Below, piece by piece: positions 20,095 to 29,600 of a DNA stretch of 64,000 bases. The notes below the pieces were generated by a model, which did not search any database, was not told where the DNA came from, and saw nothing but the letters and a program-made list of their open reading frames with translations. How positions within the stretch are numbered: position 1 is the stretch's first letter; every line of letters starts with the position of its first letter. Origin of the DNA: Acidobacteriota bacterium (GTDB lineage Bacteria; Acidobacteriota; Aminicenantia; JBFLYD01); the NCBI GenBank assembly GCA_040756905.1, contig JBFLYD010000069.1, positions 10,560 to 74,559 on the forward strand, written 5' to 3'. Made by a program: the position numbers and the translations under genes.

Positions 20095-20290
20095 AACCAA
20101 AATCTCTTATAACTTTTACATATTTGCCTTTTTCTCTTCCAACTGACAATCGGCAATCAGTCCTCCTTTCTTCATTCTCACCGACTCTTGTGAAGCATCT
20201 TTCCTCTACAGCTTGAAGAAGTTTTGACTGAAGATCTAAAGAGAGGTTTCCTATCCCATCAAAAAATACTGTTCCTTCATCTGCATATTC
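20095..20290 (-). pseudogene. Decayed internal fragment of a sigma-54-dependent (NtrC-family AAA+) transcriptional activator
   Basis: Minus-strand translation gives EYADEGTVFFDGIGNLSLDLQSKLLQAVEERCFTRVGENEE..., matching the Walker-B GAFxGA loop segment ([34 protein letters not shown]). It is flanked by stops and a G-rich tract, and no full ORF exists. Confidence 0.4.
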
Positions 20291-20524
20291 AATATGTCTA
20301 CTCTGTTATCCTTTAGGGGAGAGGGGGATGAGGGGGCAGAAATGTATTAAAATTAAATACGTTCTCATTAGCAAGAAAAGAAGTTTGGTCAATTTGAATA
20401 TTTAGAATTGATCTTGATACACACAATTGACCACTGGAAAGCAAGGTGAGACAATAGACACGTTAATTTTTTTATTACTTGAAATTTAATTTTAACAATA
20501 TTATATTATTAATGGAGGGAAAAG

Positions 20525-22219
20525 ATGAAAAAATATATAGCTTTTCTAATCCCCCTCTGTCTTTTGATGCTTATTTCTTATTCCAGTTCCTTCGAAAAAT
20601 ATAACTATTACTACGGTCATATAAGTTATGCAGAAAAAGGAACAAAAGTTTACAGAACTGATTACGATGTATATGAAGATGCAACTCTGAATTTGCCGGT
20701 TGGAGAAGGAGACATAATACTAACTGGAAAAGAAGGAAGGTGCGAAATCCAATTTGATAATGGAACTGTCATAAGGCTTGACTTAAATACAGAGCTGGAA
20801 ATTGAATCAATCCTCAGAGAAAATAAGGAAATAAAACTCGATGTTTCGTCGTTTATTCTCAAAGAAGGCAGATTATATGTTATGCACAGTGGTTACAGAG
20901 CCTTTGAAATGTTTCAGATAATGACAGAAAATGCTGGGATTTTACTCAAAAATCATACTGTTAGCATAATCGCTAAAAAAGAGGATGGTACTTTCATTCA
21001 GGTTAAAAATGGAAAAGTCCAGGTAAGATATTTAGATGAGAAAAAAGAGACACAGACTTTTGAAATGAAAAAGAAAAAAGCATTTCTTATTACTCTCGAC
21101 AATAAAGTCCAAGAACAAGAATACAGTGAATATTCAGATTTTGAAATTTGGAATGAATACATCAACACCCATTACAATGAAACTCATGAGGGAAATTATC
21201 TTCCCAAGTCATTGAGAAGCTTTTCAGGGATGTTCAATAACTATGGATACTGGAGTTACATTGATGAACTTGGATTGTATGGATGGAGACCATATTATTT
21301 AGACTACTACTGGCATCCCTATTACTATGGCTACTGGTATATGTATGGCGGGTACCCTTATTGGGTTTCTCCTTACATGTGGGGATGGATTCCTTATCAT
21401 TATGGTTACTGGCATTGGACCTCAAAATGGGGTTGGATATGGATTCCTTATAGTTACTGGGCTCCAAGCTGGGTCTACTGGGGCTGGTTTGGCCCTTACT
21501 ATGGATGGCGTCCATGGACTTACTGGGATTATCAGAGAGCGACCTGGAAGCCTTACTATTGGTCAGATAAATTTTGGGACAACTGGAGACCGAGATTAAG
21601 AAAAGATGCCATAAAAAAGCCTGGTACAAAACCTGAAGAAGACATTGAAAAATATGTATTCATTGAAAAAGATAGAATTCATAAAACCGGTGAAATAACC
21701 GAATATCTCAGATATAAAGATATAAAAAATAAAATTGACAAAAAAGATATAGAAAAGAATAGCAGTAATTCTCCACCAGAAGAATTGATCAGAACCTTAA
21801 AAGAAAATAAATTAATCAATTCAGGAAAAATACAGATTATCTATGAAACTCCAATGGATAGAAATATCAAAAATATTCAGGCAAGAGACTCTGTTAAAAC
21901 TCCTAAAGTCACAATTAAAGAATCTTATACTCATATAAAACCTGATGTTGGATTTTCAAAACCAATAGAAAACATAGCCAAATGGAAAGTGGAAAAGTTT
22001 AATAACAATAGAAAAAACATTGATTGGGAAAAACACTTTGAATCTTCCAAAAGATGGACAAATCGGCATAGAGGAGGCCATTCAGCAGGCTCAGGAGGTT
22101 CAGGGGGAGGTGGCTCAGCAGGCTCTTCAGGATCTTCTGGCTCTTCAGGAGGAGGCTCATCCTCTAAAGGAGGCGGAGGAAGAGAAGGGGGAGGCGGAAA
22201 AACAAAGGACAGCAGTTAG
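20525..22219 (+). CDS. Secreted FecR-domain protein with a Tyr/Trp-rich low-complexity domain and Gly/Ser-rich tail
   Basis: Signal peptide; FecR-like segment (ATLNLPVGEGDIILTGKEGRCEIQFDNGTVIRLDLNTELEI). A ~125-aa stretch of about 45% Y+W (YGYWSYIDELGLYGWRPYYLDYYWHPYYYGYWYMYGGYPYWVSPYMWGWIPYHYGYWHW...). Ends GSGGSGGGGSAGSSGSSG. Confidence 0.6.
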   Translation: MKKYIAFLIPLCLLMLISYSSSFEKYNYYYGHISYAEKGTKVYRTDYDVYEDATLNLPVGEGDIILTGKEGRCEIQFDNGTVIRLDLNTELEIESILRENKEIKLDVSSFILKEGRLYVMHSGYRAFEMFQIMTENAGILLKNHTVSIIAKKEDGTFIQVKNGKVQVRYLDEKKETQTFEMKKKKAFLITLDNKVQEQEYSEYSDFEIWNEYINTHYNETHEGNYLPKSLRSFSGMFNNYGYWSYIDELGLYGWRPYYLDYYWHPYYYGYWYMYGGYPYWVSPYMWGWIPYHYGYWHWTSKWGWIWIPYSYWAPSWVYWGWFGPYYGWRPWTYWDYQRATWKPYYWSDKFWDNWRPRLRKDAIKKPGTKPEEDIEKYVFIEKDRIHKTGEITEYLRYKDIKNKIDKKDIEKNSSNSPPEELIRTLKENKLINSGKIQIIYETPMDRNIKNIQARDSVKTPKVTIKESYTHIKPDVGFSKPIENIAKWKVEKFNNNRKNIDWEKHFESSKRWTNRHRGGHSAGSGGSGGGGSAGSSGSSGSSGGGSSSKGGGGREGGGGKTKDSS

Positions 22220-22228
22220 TAGACAGTT

Positions 22229-22275
22229 GCAAGGAAAAGGTAATTATTGCTGTTACAACTACTTATTTTGAAATC
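22229..22275 (+). terminator. Candidate Rho-independent terminator after the FecR-domain gene
   Basis: Imperfect hairpin AGTTGCAAGG...GCTGTTACAACT followed by TACTTATTTTG. Confidence 0.3.
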
Positions 22276-22505
22276 CAATTTTCTATGGCGGGGAATATAT
22301 ATTAGGGACATCAAGTTTTAACGGCATGAGTAAAAATCTAAAAAAAGAAAAATAATAGAAAATTAAAAATAAAAGTTTATATAAAAAATAGAAAAATTAT
22401 TAATCTAAAAGTAGAAATATTAAATCTTAATAAATACAAAAATTTAAATCTTTGAAACTTTAGAGAAGAGCAAATCGTATTATATTTTGATAAGAGGAGG
22501 TTTGA

Positions 22506-24068
22506 ATGAAAAGAATTAGATTTAGCTTTCTAACAATTTTAATTATATGTTTTTCATTATTTTCTTATTCCCAAGAACAAAAACAAATACGAGAGCTATC
22601 CCTTGAAGACTCCATTATAAAAGCCCTGAAAAACAATCTGGATATAAACGTTGAAATTTTCACCCCAAAAATATCTGATGCGTTAATATTGAAAAGCGAA
22701 GGAATTTTTTCCCCAAATTTCTCTTTAAATTCTACATATCAGCAAATGAATCAACCCTCCACTTCTGTTTTAGAAGGAGCTAGGGTATCCACTCAGGACA
22801 CAAAAAATTTTTCATTTTCGTTTCAAAAAAGATTTAATTTAGGAACAAATGTCCAAGTTTCACTCAATAACAATATATTCAGCACCAATAGTAGGTTCTA
22901 TGATTATAATCCAAACTATACAAGTCAGTTAAGAGTAAACATTATACAACCACTATTAAGGAATTTTGGAGAAGCGATAAATACCAAGGAAATTAAAGTC
23001 GCTCAGAACAATAAAGAAATTTCCGTTGCCCAGGTTAAATCAAAACTAAATGATTTAATCTACCAGGTTCAGGAAGCTTACTGGAATCTCGTTTTTGCTA
23101 TCGAGGAATTGAAGGTCAAAAGACAATCATTAAAATTAGCACAGGATCTCCTTGAACAGAACAGAATCCAGGTTAAAATCGGAACACTTGCCCCTATAGA
23201 AATTCTTGTCGCAGAAGCAGAAGTTGCAAATAGAGAGGTTGACATTTTATCATCCGAAACCCAGGTAAAACTATGGCAGGATCAACTCAAAAAAATAATA
23301 AATCTCCCTGGAGAGGAAGAAAAATGGGAAGTTGAAATAGTCCCAACAAGCAAACCAAGCTTTGAAAAAATGGCAATCGACCTTGATAAATGTATCGAGA
23401 CCGCAATTTCAACAAGGCCTGAGCTGGAACAGTTAAAAATCGATGTTGAAAATAACAACATTAACATAAAATTTTATAAAAATCAGCTTCTACCATCTCT
23501 TGATCTAACAGGTTCCGTATGGAGCACAGGGAGATCAGGAGATATGGTAATTTATGAAAATAATAATCCTTTTTTTGGAAAAATAATTGGAAAAATAGAA
23601 GGTTCCACAACTGATTCTATTAAAGATGCGTTGAAAGCTCTATATAAAAATTATTATGTAGCTTTAAACATTTCATACCCTCTTTTCACCGCTCCTATAA
23701 AAGCTGACCTTGCAAGGTCTCAACTGGAACTATCCCAATCCCTCTTAAGAATTAAAAGCTTAGAACAGACGATCAACTTAGATGTAAGAACAGCTGTTAG
23801 GGAAATTGAGGCCAACCTTAAAAAGCTTGATGCAACAAAAAAAGCAAGGGAATTGGCTGAGAAAAAATTGGAGGCAGAACAGAAAAAATTGAATGTGGGG
23901 CTGAGCACCAACTATCAGGTACTTCAGTTCCAGAGAGACCTTTCGATAGCCCAAACATCTGAGTTAAAAGCAATAATCGATTACAACCTTTCAATTGCAA
24001 AACTCAATAAAGCAATGGGAAAATCCCTTGAAGCTCATAACATAAAATTTAATGAAATAATAAAATAA
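22506..24068 (+). CDS. TolC-family outer membrane efflux protein
   Basis: Signal peptide, ~520 aa with duplicated OEP coiled-coil/barrel repeats; strong GAGGAGG RBS. Confidence 0.75.
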   Translation: MKRIRFSFLTILIICFSLFSYSQEQKQIRELSLEDSIIKALKNNLDINVEIFTPKISDALILKSEGIFSPNFSLNSTYQQMNQPSTSVLEGARVSTQDTKNFSFSFQKRFNLGTNVQVSLNNNIFSTNSRFYDYNPNYTSQLRVNIIQPLLRNFGEAINTKEIKVAQNNKEISVAQVKSKLNDLIYQVQEAYWNLVFAIEELKVKRQSLKLAQDLLEQNRIQVKIGTLAPIEILVAEAEVANREVDILSSETQVKLWQDQLKKIINLPGEEEKWEVEIVPTSKPSFEKMAIDLDKCIETAISTRPELEQLKIDVENNNINIKFYKNQLLPSLDLTGSVWSTGRSGDMVIYENNNPFFGKIIGKIEGSTTDSIKDALKALYKNYYVALNISYPLFTAPIKADLARSQLELSQSLLRIKSLEQTINLDVRTAVREIEANLKKLDATKKARELAEKKLEAEQKKLNVGLSTNYQVLQFQRDLSIAQTSELKAIIDYNLSIAKLNKAMGKSLEAHNIKFNEIIK

Positions 24069-24124
24069 ATAATTCTCACCCTTTTCTATTTTTCTACAAT
24101 CAAATTTATGTTAATATCTTTTAG

Positions 24125-24895
24125 ATGAAAATTTCCGTCTGTATTATTACCCATAACGAAGAGAACAGACTTCCTGAAACATTGAAAAGCATCGAGAAAA
24201 TTGCTGATGAAATTATTGTGGTCGATTCTTTCAGTAAAGATAAAACTATCGAAATTGCTAAATCATCGGGAGCGAGGATTTTTCTAAAAGAATGGGCAGA
24301 TTATTCAAACCAAAAAAATTTCGCAATCTCAAAAGCTTCTTTTCCATGGATTCTTAGCATTGATGCCGATGAAAGAATTTCTGAGGAATTGAGAAATGAG
24401 ATTTTAACACTGAAGAAAACAGAGCCTGAAGAGGATGGATTTTTTATAAAAAGAAAAAATTACTACCTTGGAAAATGGATAAAACATTCTGGTTGGTACC
24501 CAGACAGGAAACTGAGATTGTTCAGAAAAGAAAAGGCTAACTGGGAAGGCGAATATGTTCATGAATCATTAATTTTAAGAGGAAAAGCAGGAAAACTCAA
24601 AAATAATATCCTTCATTACTCTTACAGAAATATCTCAGACCATGTAAAAAGAATAAATAGTTATTCCAGTTTATCAGCCCAAAAAATGTTTGAAGAAAGA
24701 AAAAAAAGCAACATAATTCTTGCTTTATTTTCGATTCCACTCACATTTATAAGGTTTTATCTCCTGCGCGGGGGAATTTTTGATGGAATCCAGGGTTTAA
24801 TAATTTCAATCCTGTCTTCAGTTTACATCTTCTTAAAATACGTGAAATTATGGGAAATGAATAGAACAAAAAATGATAAGAGTCCTTCACATTGA
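24125..24895 (+). CDS. GT2 glycosyltransferase with C-terminal membrane anchor (WaaE/KdtX-like)
   Basis: ISVCIITHNEE..VVDSFSKDKT..DADE GT2 motifs; C-terminal TM helix. Confidence 0.75.
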   Translation: MKISVCIITHNEENRLPETLKSIEKIADEIIVVDSFSKDKTIEIAKSSGARIFLKEWADYSNQKNFAISKASFPWILSIDADERISEELRNEILTLKKTEPEEDGFFIKRKNYYLGKWIKHSGWYPDRKLRLFRKEKANWEGEYVHESLILRGKAGKLKNNILHYSYRNISDHVKRINSYSSLSAQKMFEERKKSNIILALFSIPLTFIRFYLLRGGIFDGIQGLIISILSSVYIFLKYVKLWEMNRTKNDKSPSH

Positions 24896-25985
24896 TACTG
24901 GAAAAGCATGGAGAGGAGGCCAGGCCCAGACATTAAATCTGGCAAAAGGCCTTAAAGTTAGAGGGCTTGACTCAAAAATCGTATGCCGAACAGATTCTCC
25001 TCTCTATCGAAAGGCAATAGAAGAAAATGTATTCCCATACGGGTTGAAAATAAAAGGAGAGTATGACTTAATAGCCACTCTTAAATTAGCAAAAATTTAT
25101 TCAATAGAATCACCCCATATCGTTCACTTTCATGATTCCCATTCAATAACCATTGGAAAATTAGCAGCTTGTTTTAAAAAAGTACCTATAAAAATAATTT
25201 CTCGAAGAGTCGATTTCCCAATAAAAAAAACCCTCTTTAAAAGATTCAAATATATAAATGGAATAGATACTATCATTACGGTCTCAAAGGGAATAAAGGA
25301 AGTCCTGTTAAAAGATGGGATCAAAGAAAATATTATCCATACAATCTACAGTGGAATTGACCTGAATAAATTTAAATTAGAGGGCGATAAGAATTACTGG
25401 CGGGAAAAATTAGAATTTAAAAAGAATTATTTCTTAATAGGAAATATAGCCTCTCTCTCTGACCACAAAGGCCATAAATATTTACTCCAGGCAGCAAAAA
25501 TATTGAAGGAAAGAATTGATAATTTTGAAATTCTTATTGCAGGTGATGGCAAACTCAGAAATTCTCTGATAAATTTATCAAAAAATTTAAAAGTTGATGA
25601 TGTTGTTAAATTTCTTGGATTCATTGAACACATCCCTCGATTTTTAAAATCCATCGACCTCTTTGTTCTCTCTTCCTATTTAGAGGGCCTCTGCACTTCT
25701 CTTTTAGATGCGATGGCTTCATCAATTCCAATAATTGCTACAAACACAGGAGGAATCCCAGAAGCTGTTGAGGATGGTGTCAATGGAATTCTCGTCACTC
25801 CAAAAGATCCTCAGGCTTTAGCCGATGCGATTTATCTTCTTTATAAAAATCCTGAGAGAATGAAACAAATGGGCAAAAAAGGATTAAATAGGGCTGAAAA
25901 ATTATTTTCTTTAGACTCAATGATTGAAAAAACTCTTGATTTATACAAAATGATTATGAATAAAAAGGAATTATTGAGCAAGTAA
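24873..25985 (+). CDS. GT4 (group 1) glycosyltransferase
   Basis: C-terminal EGLCTSLLDAMASSIPIIATNTGGIPEAVEDGVNGILV (GT4 E-x7-E region). Confidence 0.8.
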   Translation: MIRVLHIDTGKAWRGGQAQTLNLAKGLKVRGLDSKIVCRTDSPLYRKAIEENVFPYGLKIKGEYDLIATLKLAKIYSIESPHIVHFHDSHSITIGKLAACFKKVPIKIISRRVDFPIKKTLFKRFKYINGIDTIITVSKGIKEVLLKDGIKENIIHTIYSGIDLNKFKLEGDKNYWREKLEFKKNYFLIGNIASLSDHKGHKYLLQAAKILKERIDNFEILIAGDGKLRNSLINLSKNLKVDDVVKFLGFIEHIPRFLKSIDLFVLSSYLEGLCTSLLDAMASSIPIIATNTGGIPEAVEDGVNGILVTPKDPQALADAIYLLYKNPERMKQMGKKGLNRAEKLFSLDSMIEKTLDLYKMIMNKKELLSK

Positions 25986-25986
25986 A

Positions 25987-26790
25987 ATGGAGATTAAAAT
26001 AAAGGAAGTCACTAAACTTGAAGATTTAAAAAAAATATTAACAATTCAGAAAGAGGCATGGCAATTTGACCCGATTGAAATTGTTCCCATTCCATTATTT
26101 ATACTCGCAAAAAAATGGGGAGGAATAGTTTTAGGAGCATATTCTGGAAATGAACTAATCGGGTTTGTGTATTCTTTCCCTTTAATTCATGAGAAAAAAC
26201 TCATCCAGCACTCCCACATGCTTGCAGTTCTTCCGGAATACAGGAAAATAGGAATCGGGCTAAAACTTAAACTCAAACAAAGAGAATTCGCAATAAAAAA
26301 AGGATATGATGCTATTACCTGGACTTTCGACCCTCTTCAGTTGATAAATTGCTATTTAAATTTCCATAAATTAGGAGTTATCTGCAATACATACCTTCCA
26401 AATTTTTATGGAATCACATCCTCTCCACTGCATCATGGAATTCCAACTGATAGGTTACTTGCATGGTGGAATCTCAAAGAAAAGAGAACATGCAGAATTA
26501 TAAGGGGAAATTATAAAAATTATAATGCCGAAGATTATAAAAAATGTCTGGAGATCGATGAAAACTTCAAAATAATCAAAAATATGAAATTAAAAGGAAA
26601 AGTTCTTCTTGCTCAGGTGCCTGAAAATGCTGAAAAAATTATCATCGATCGAGGCTTAAAAGCTATTTTAAATTTCCAAAAAATATTGAGAGAGACTCTT
26701 ATTAATTATTTTAAAAATGGATACAAAATAGTCGATTTTATAAAGAAAAAAAACAAATGCTTCTTTGTCCTTGAAAAACGAATAAAATGA
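25987..26790 (+). CDS. GNAT-family N-acyltransferase, candidate amino-acid N-succinyl/acetyl transferase partner of the NSAR enzyme
   Basis: HSHMLAVLPEYRKIGIGLKLK resembles GNAT motif A; 2 nt from and overlapping the enolase-superfamily gene. Confidence 0.5.
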   Translation: MEIKIKEVTKLEDLKKILTIQKEAWQFDPIEIVPIPLFILAKKWGGIVLGAYSGNELIGFVYSFPLIHEKKLIQHSHMLAVLPEYRKIGIGLKLKLKQREFAIKKGYDAITWTFDPLQLINCYLNFHKLGVICNTYLPNFYGITSSPLHHGIPTDRLLAWWNLKEKRTCRIIRGNYKNYNAEDYKKCLEIDENFKIIKNMKLKGKVLLAQVPENAEKIIIDRGLKAILNFQKILRETLINYFKNGYKIVDFIKKKNKCFFVLEKRIK

Positions 26791-27893
26791 TTGAAAGGGT
26801 TGAGCTTTTAATTTTATGCCTGCCATTAGTTTTCCCTTTTGAAACAAGTTTCGGAAGGATAAATGAAAGAACTATATTACTTATTAAGTTATATTCAAAC
26901 GGTATCGAAGGGTGGGGAGAGGTGGTATCAGAAAAACTTCCTCAATACAGCTACGAAACAATTGAAACTTCCTGGCATGTATTAAAAGACATATTGATTC
27001 CTATGGCTTTAAAAGAAAAAGAGCTTGAATCTTATAAATTTCACAAAATAGCCAGCCAGTACAAAGGACATCCGATGGCAAAAGCAGGCTTTGAGTTAGC
27101 TCTCTGGGATCTCGAAGCAAAGAAAAGGGGAATTTCTCTTTCGAAACTATGGGGAGGAGAAAAGGATAAAATTCAGGCTGGAGTTAGCCTGGGAATAGAA
27201 GAAAAAGTTGAGTTTCTTATGAATAAAATTGAAAATTTTTTGAAAAAAGGGTATCAGAGAATCAAAGTGAAAATTAGACCCGGATGGGATGTAAATACTG
27301 TAAAAGAGATAAGAAAATATTTTCCGGAAATAAAATTGATGGTTGATGCGAATTGCTCTTATAGAATTGACCAAATTGGCGTTCTAAAAAAACTGGATAA
27401 TTATAATCTAATGATGATAGAACAACCTTTCTATGAAAACGACCTCTGGCAACATGCAAAGCTCCAGAGAAACATAAAAACTCCCATATGTCTTGATGAA
27501 AGTATTAAATCTATAAACGAAGCTGTGGCAGGGCATGAAATGGGAAGTTATAAAATAATTAACATGAAAGTTGGAAGAATTGGCGGATGGATTAATGCGA
27601 ATGAAATACATAAATTTGCAGTTGAAAAAAATATTCCACTCTGGTGTGGAGGAATGCTTGAATCAGGCATAGGCAGAGCTCATAATGTTCATTTAAGCTC
27701 AATGAAACAATTCATCTTACCTAATGACATATCTGAAAGCAGAAGATATTTTAAAGAAGATTTGGTTAACCCTCCCTTTGAACTTACAAATAAAGGCACT
27801 ATAAAAGTACCCTCATCCCCTGGTATCGGTGTTAAAGTTGAAGAAAAATTTTTAAAAAAAATAATTATTCGAAAAGAAATTGTAAAAATTTAG
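26787..27893 (+). CDS. menC: o-succinylbenzoate synthase / N-succinylamino acid racemase family enzyme (enolase superfamily, MenC-type)
   Basis: Near-colinear with Bacillus MenC/NSAR: GWGEV, MAKAGFELALWDLEAKKRGISL, GYQRIKVKIRPGWDV, MVDANCSY, YNLMMIEQP, ICLDESI, KIINMKVGRIGG, WCGGMLESGIGRAHNVHLSS. Confidence 0.8.
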   Translation: MIERVELLILCLPLVFPFETSFGRINERTILLIKLYSNGIEGWGEVVSEKLPQYSYETIETSWHVLKDILIPMALKEKELESYKFHKIASQYKGHPMAKAGFELALWDLEAKKRGISLSKLWGGEKDKIQAGVSLGIEEKVEFLMNKIENFLKKGYQRIKVKIRPGWDVNTVKEIRKYFPEIKLMVDANCSYRIDQIGVLKKLDNYNLMMIEQPFYENDLWQHAKLQRNIKTPICLDESIKSINEAVAGHEMGSYKIINMKVGRIGGWINANEIHKFAVEKNIPLWCGGMLESGIGRAHNVHLSSMKQFILPNDISESRRYFKEDLVNPPFELTNKGTIKVPSSPGIGVKVEEKFLKKIIIRKEIVKI

Positions 27894-28247
27894 TTATTTG
27901 GGAGAATAAAAATACCCAAGGATAATCTTATCTTCTCTGTAAACTTTGATTCTGAAATAATCATTTCCTTTTAATGTTTCACTTACAACTTTGAAAGGAC
28001 CTTTTCTTTCTCTTGGGATCACAATTCCAAGCTCTTCAATTCTAAGATCTTTACCTTTAAAAACCTGAAAATAGTAATTCTCTTCTTTCTCTATTAAAAC
28101 AACTCTATAGTTGCCTGGCTTTAATATCTTTTCACCATGTTTAACTTCCATTGGAAAATGTAAAGTCCCTAAAGATATCTCCTGAGAAATAAGAGATAAA
28201 CTAAAAATAAGAATTAGAGCTACTAAAAAATTTATTTTAATTTTCAT
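27894..28247 (-). CDS. Small secreted hypothetical protein
   Basis: Signal peptide MKIKINFLVALILIFSLSLISQE; no recognisable domain. Confidence 0.4.
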   Translation of the reverse strand: MKIKINFLVALILIFSLSLISQEISLGTLHFPMEVKHGEKILKPGNYRVVLIEKEENYYFQVFKGKDLRIEELGIVIPRERKGPFKVVSETLKGNDYFRIKVYREDKIILGYFYSPK

Positions 28248-28259
28248 CCTGTTTCCTCC

Positions 28260-29534
28260 TTATTTCTCCTTGGTTACTTTAAACTCAGCTCTCCTGTTAA
28301 ACCTTCTCTTTTCCTCAAAAGAATTATCATACTTTGGTTTTTCTTCTCCATAGCTTATTGTGGACAATTTCTCTTCATCAATTCCTTTCTCTTTAACCAG
28401 ATAATTCTTAACTGCATGGGCTCTATGTTCCCCGAGAGCTAAATTATATTCATCAGTTCCAATATTGCATGCATGACCTTCAATCTGAACCTCCATCTGA
28501 GGATACGCATTCAAAACTTTCGAAGCTCTATCAAGAACCTCTTTTCCCTGAGCAGTCAATTCATAACTGTCAAAAGCAAAATAAGCCTCATCAAATTTAA
28601 TTTCAATCTTGGGAGCAGGTGGCGCTGGAGGTGGTGGCGGGGGAACTTCCTTTATTTCTTCAACTGGAGGAGGTGGCGGAGGAAATTCTTTTTTCTTTTC
28701 AGGACTCCATATTAAATATGCCATTCCTCCATCAGGTCTTTGTACTTTTTCAGTGAATGAAAGGTTTCTCTTGTATGCAACACCAACTCCAAACCCATTG
28801 GGAAATTTATATTTAAAGCCAAGAGCAAGATCCAGGGGGTTTTTTTGTTTCAATTCATCATTTGTGTATGACCTTCCATATAACTCTGCTAACCCCTTTA
28901 GGTTTGAAACAAAGGGAACCTCAATACCAGCTCCATATCTGAATTCATTGCTTAATTCCACATCATCAGGACTCTGATGATACGTATATCCAACATTAAA
29001 AGAAACATAGACTTTTTCTCCGAGAGATTGGCTAAGTATTAAATCACCTCCTGCTGATAACTTAGTAGTTGTAACTCCTTTTTCTCTGTTTGAAAAAGGA
29101 ATTGAAGCAAACCCACTTAGGGCAATCCCTGAGAATTTATCTTTTTCACCCAGTATCCTGTATTTTCCTCCAATATCTAATTCTCCAAGTCCCTCCTGAA
29201 AAGCTTTATTTCCATAAGGAAAGCTATTGAAAAAGTAAGGATCGCTTAGATTATCAATTTCCACTCTCCTGAGAAAATTAATTCCAGCACTCAATTCAAA
29301 TTTATCACTAACTCCATAGGCTAGAGAAAAATTGAAATTACTGACATCTGTATCTCTATTCTCTCTATCGTAATTATCAAAAAATAAACCTCCCTGGAAC
29401 TTTCCCTTTTCGAGCGATTTTGCGTAAAGTATATTAAAAATGCCTGTCTGTCCTTTCTTTGCTGGTTCGTAAGAAAGGACCAAAAGAGAGAAAGCTAAAA
29501 TAAAAGCAATTGTATAGCTTCCTTTTTTTATCAT
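28260..29534 (-). CDS. OmpA-family outer membrane protein with polyproline linker
   Basis: N-terminal barrel-like region, linker PPPPPPVEEIKEVPPPPPPAPPAPK, C-terminal OmpA-like peptidoglycan-binding domain (FDSYELTAQGKEVLD..NRRAEF). Confidence 0.75.
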   Translation of the reverse strand: MIKKGSYTIAFILAFSLLVLSYEPAKKGQTGIFNILYAKSLEKGKFQGGLFFDNYDRENRDTDVSNFNFSLAYGVSDKFELSAGINFLRRVEIDNLSDPYFFNSFPYGNKAFQEGLGELDIGGKYRILGEKDKFSGIALSGFASIPFSNREKGVTTTKLSAGGDLILSQSLGEKVYVSFNVGYTYHQSPDDVELSNEFRYGAGIEVPFVSNLKGLAELYGRSYTNDELKQKNPLDLALGFKYKFPNGFGVGVAYKRNLSFTEKVQRPDGGMAYLIWSPEKKKEFPPPPPPVEEIKEVPPPPPPAPPAPKIEIKFDEAYFAFDSYELTAQGKEVLDRASKVLNAYPQMEVQIEGHACNIGTDEYNLALGEHRAHAVKNYLVKEKGIDEEKLSTISYGEEKPKYDNSFEEKRRFNRRAEFKVTKEK

Positions 29535-29600
29535 GTTCCCTCCTTTTTGTGCGAGTTATATATTACCATCCATCTAAATTTTTTGTCAAACTCAAAAGTA

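Noticed and set aside
20300-20330. G-rich tract GGGGAGAGGGGGATGAGGGGG as a G-quadruplex element
   Set aside because: Only three runs of four or more G, so it is not a canonical four-tract G4 motif. It is better explained as part of the decayed sigma-54 activator remnant.
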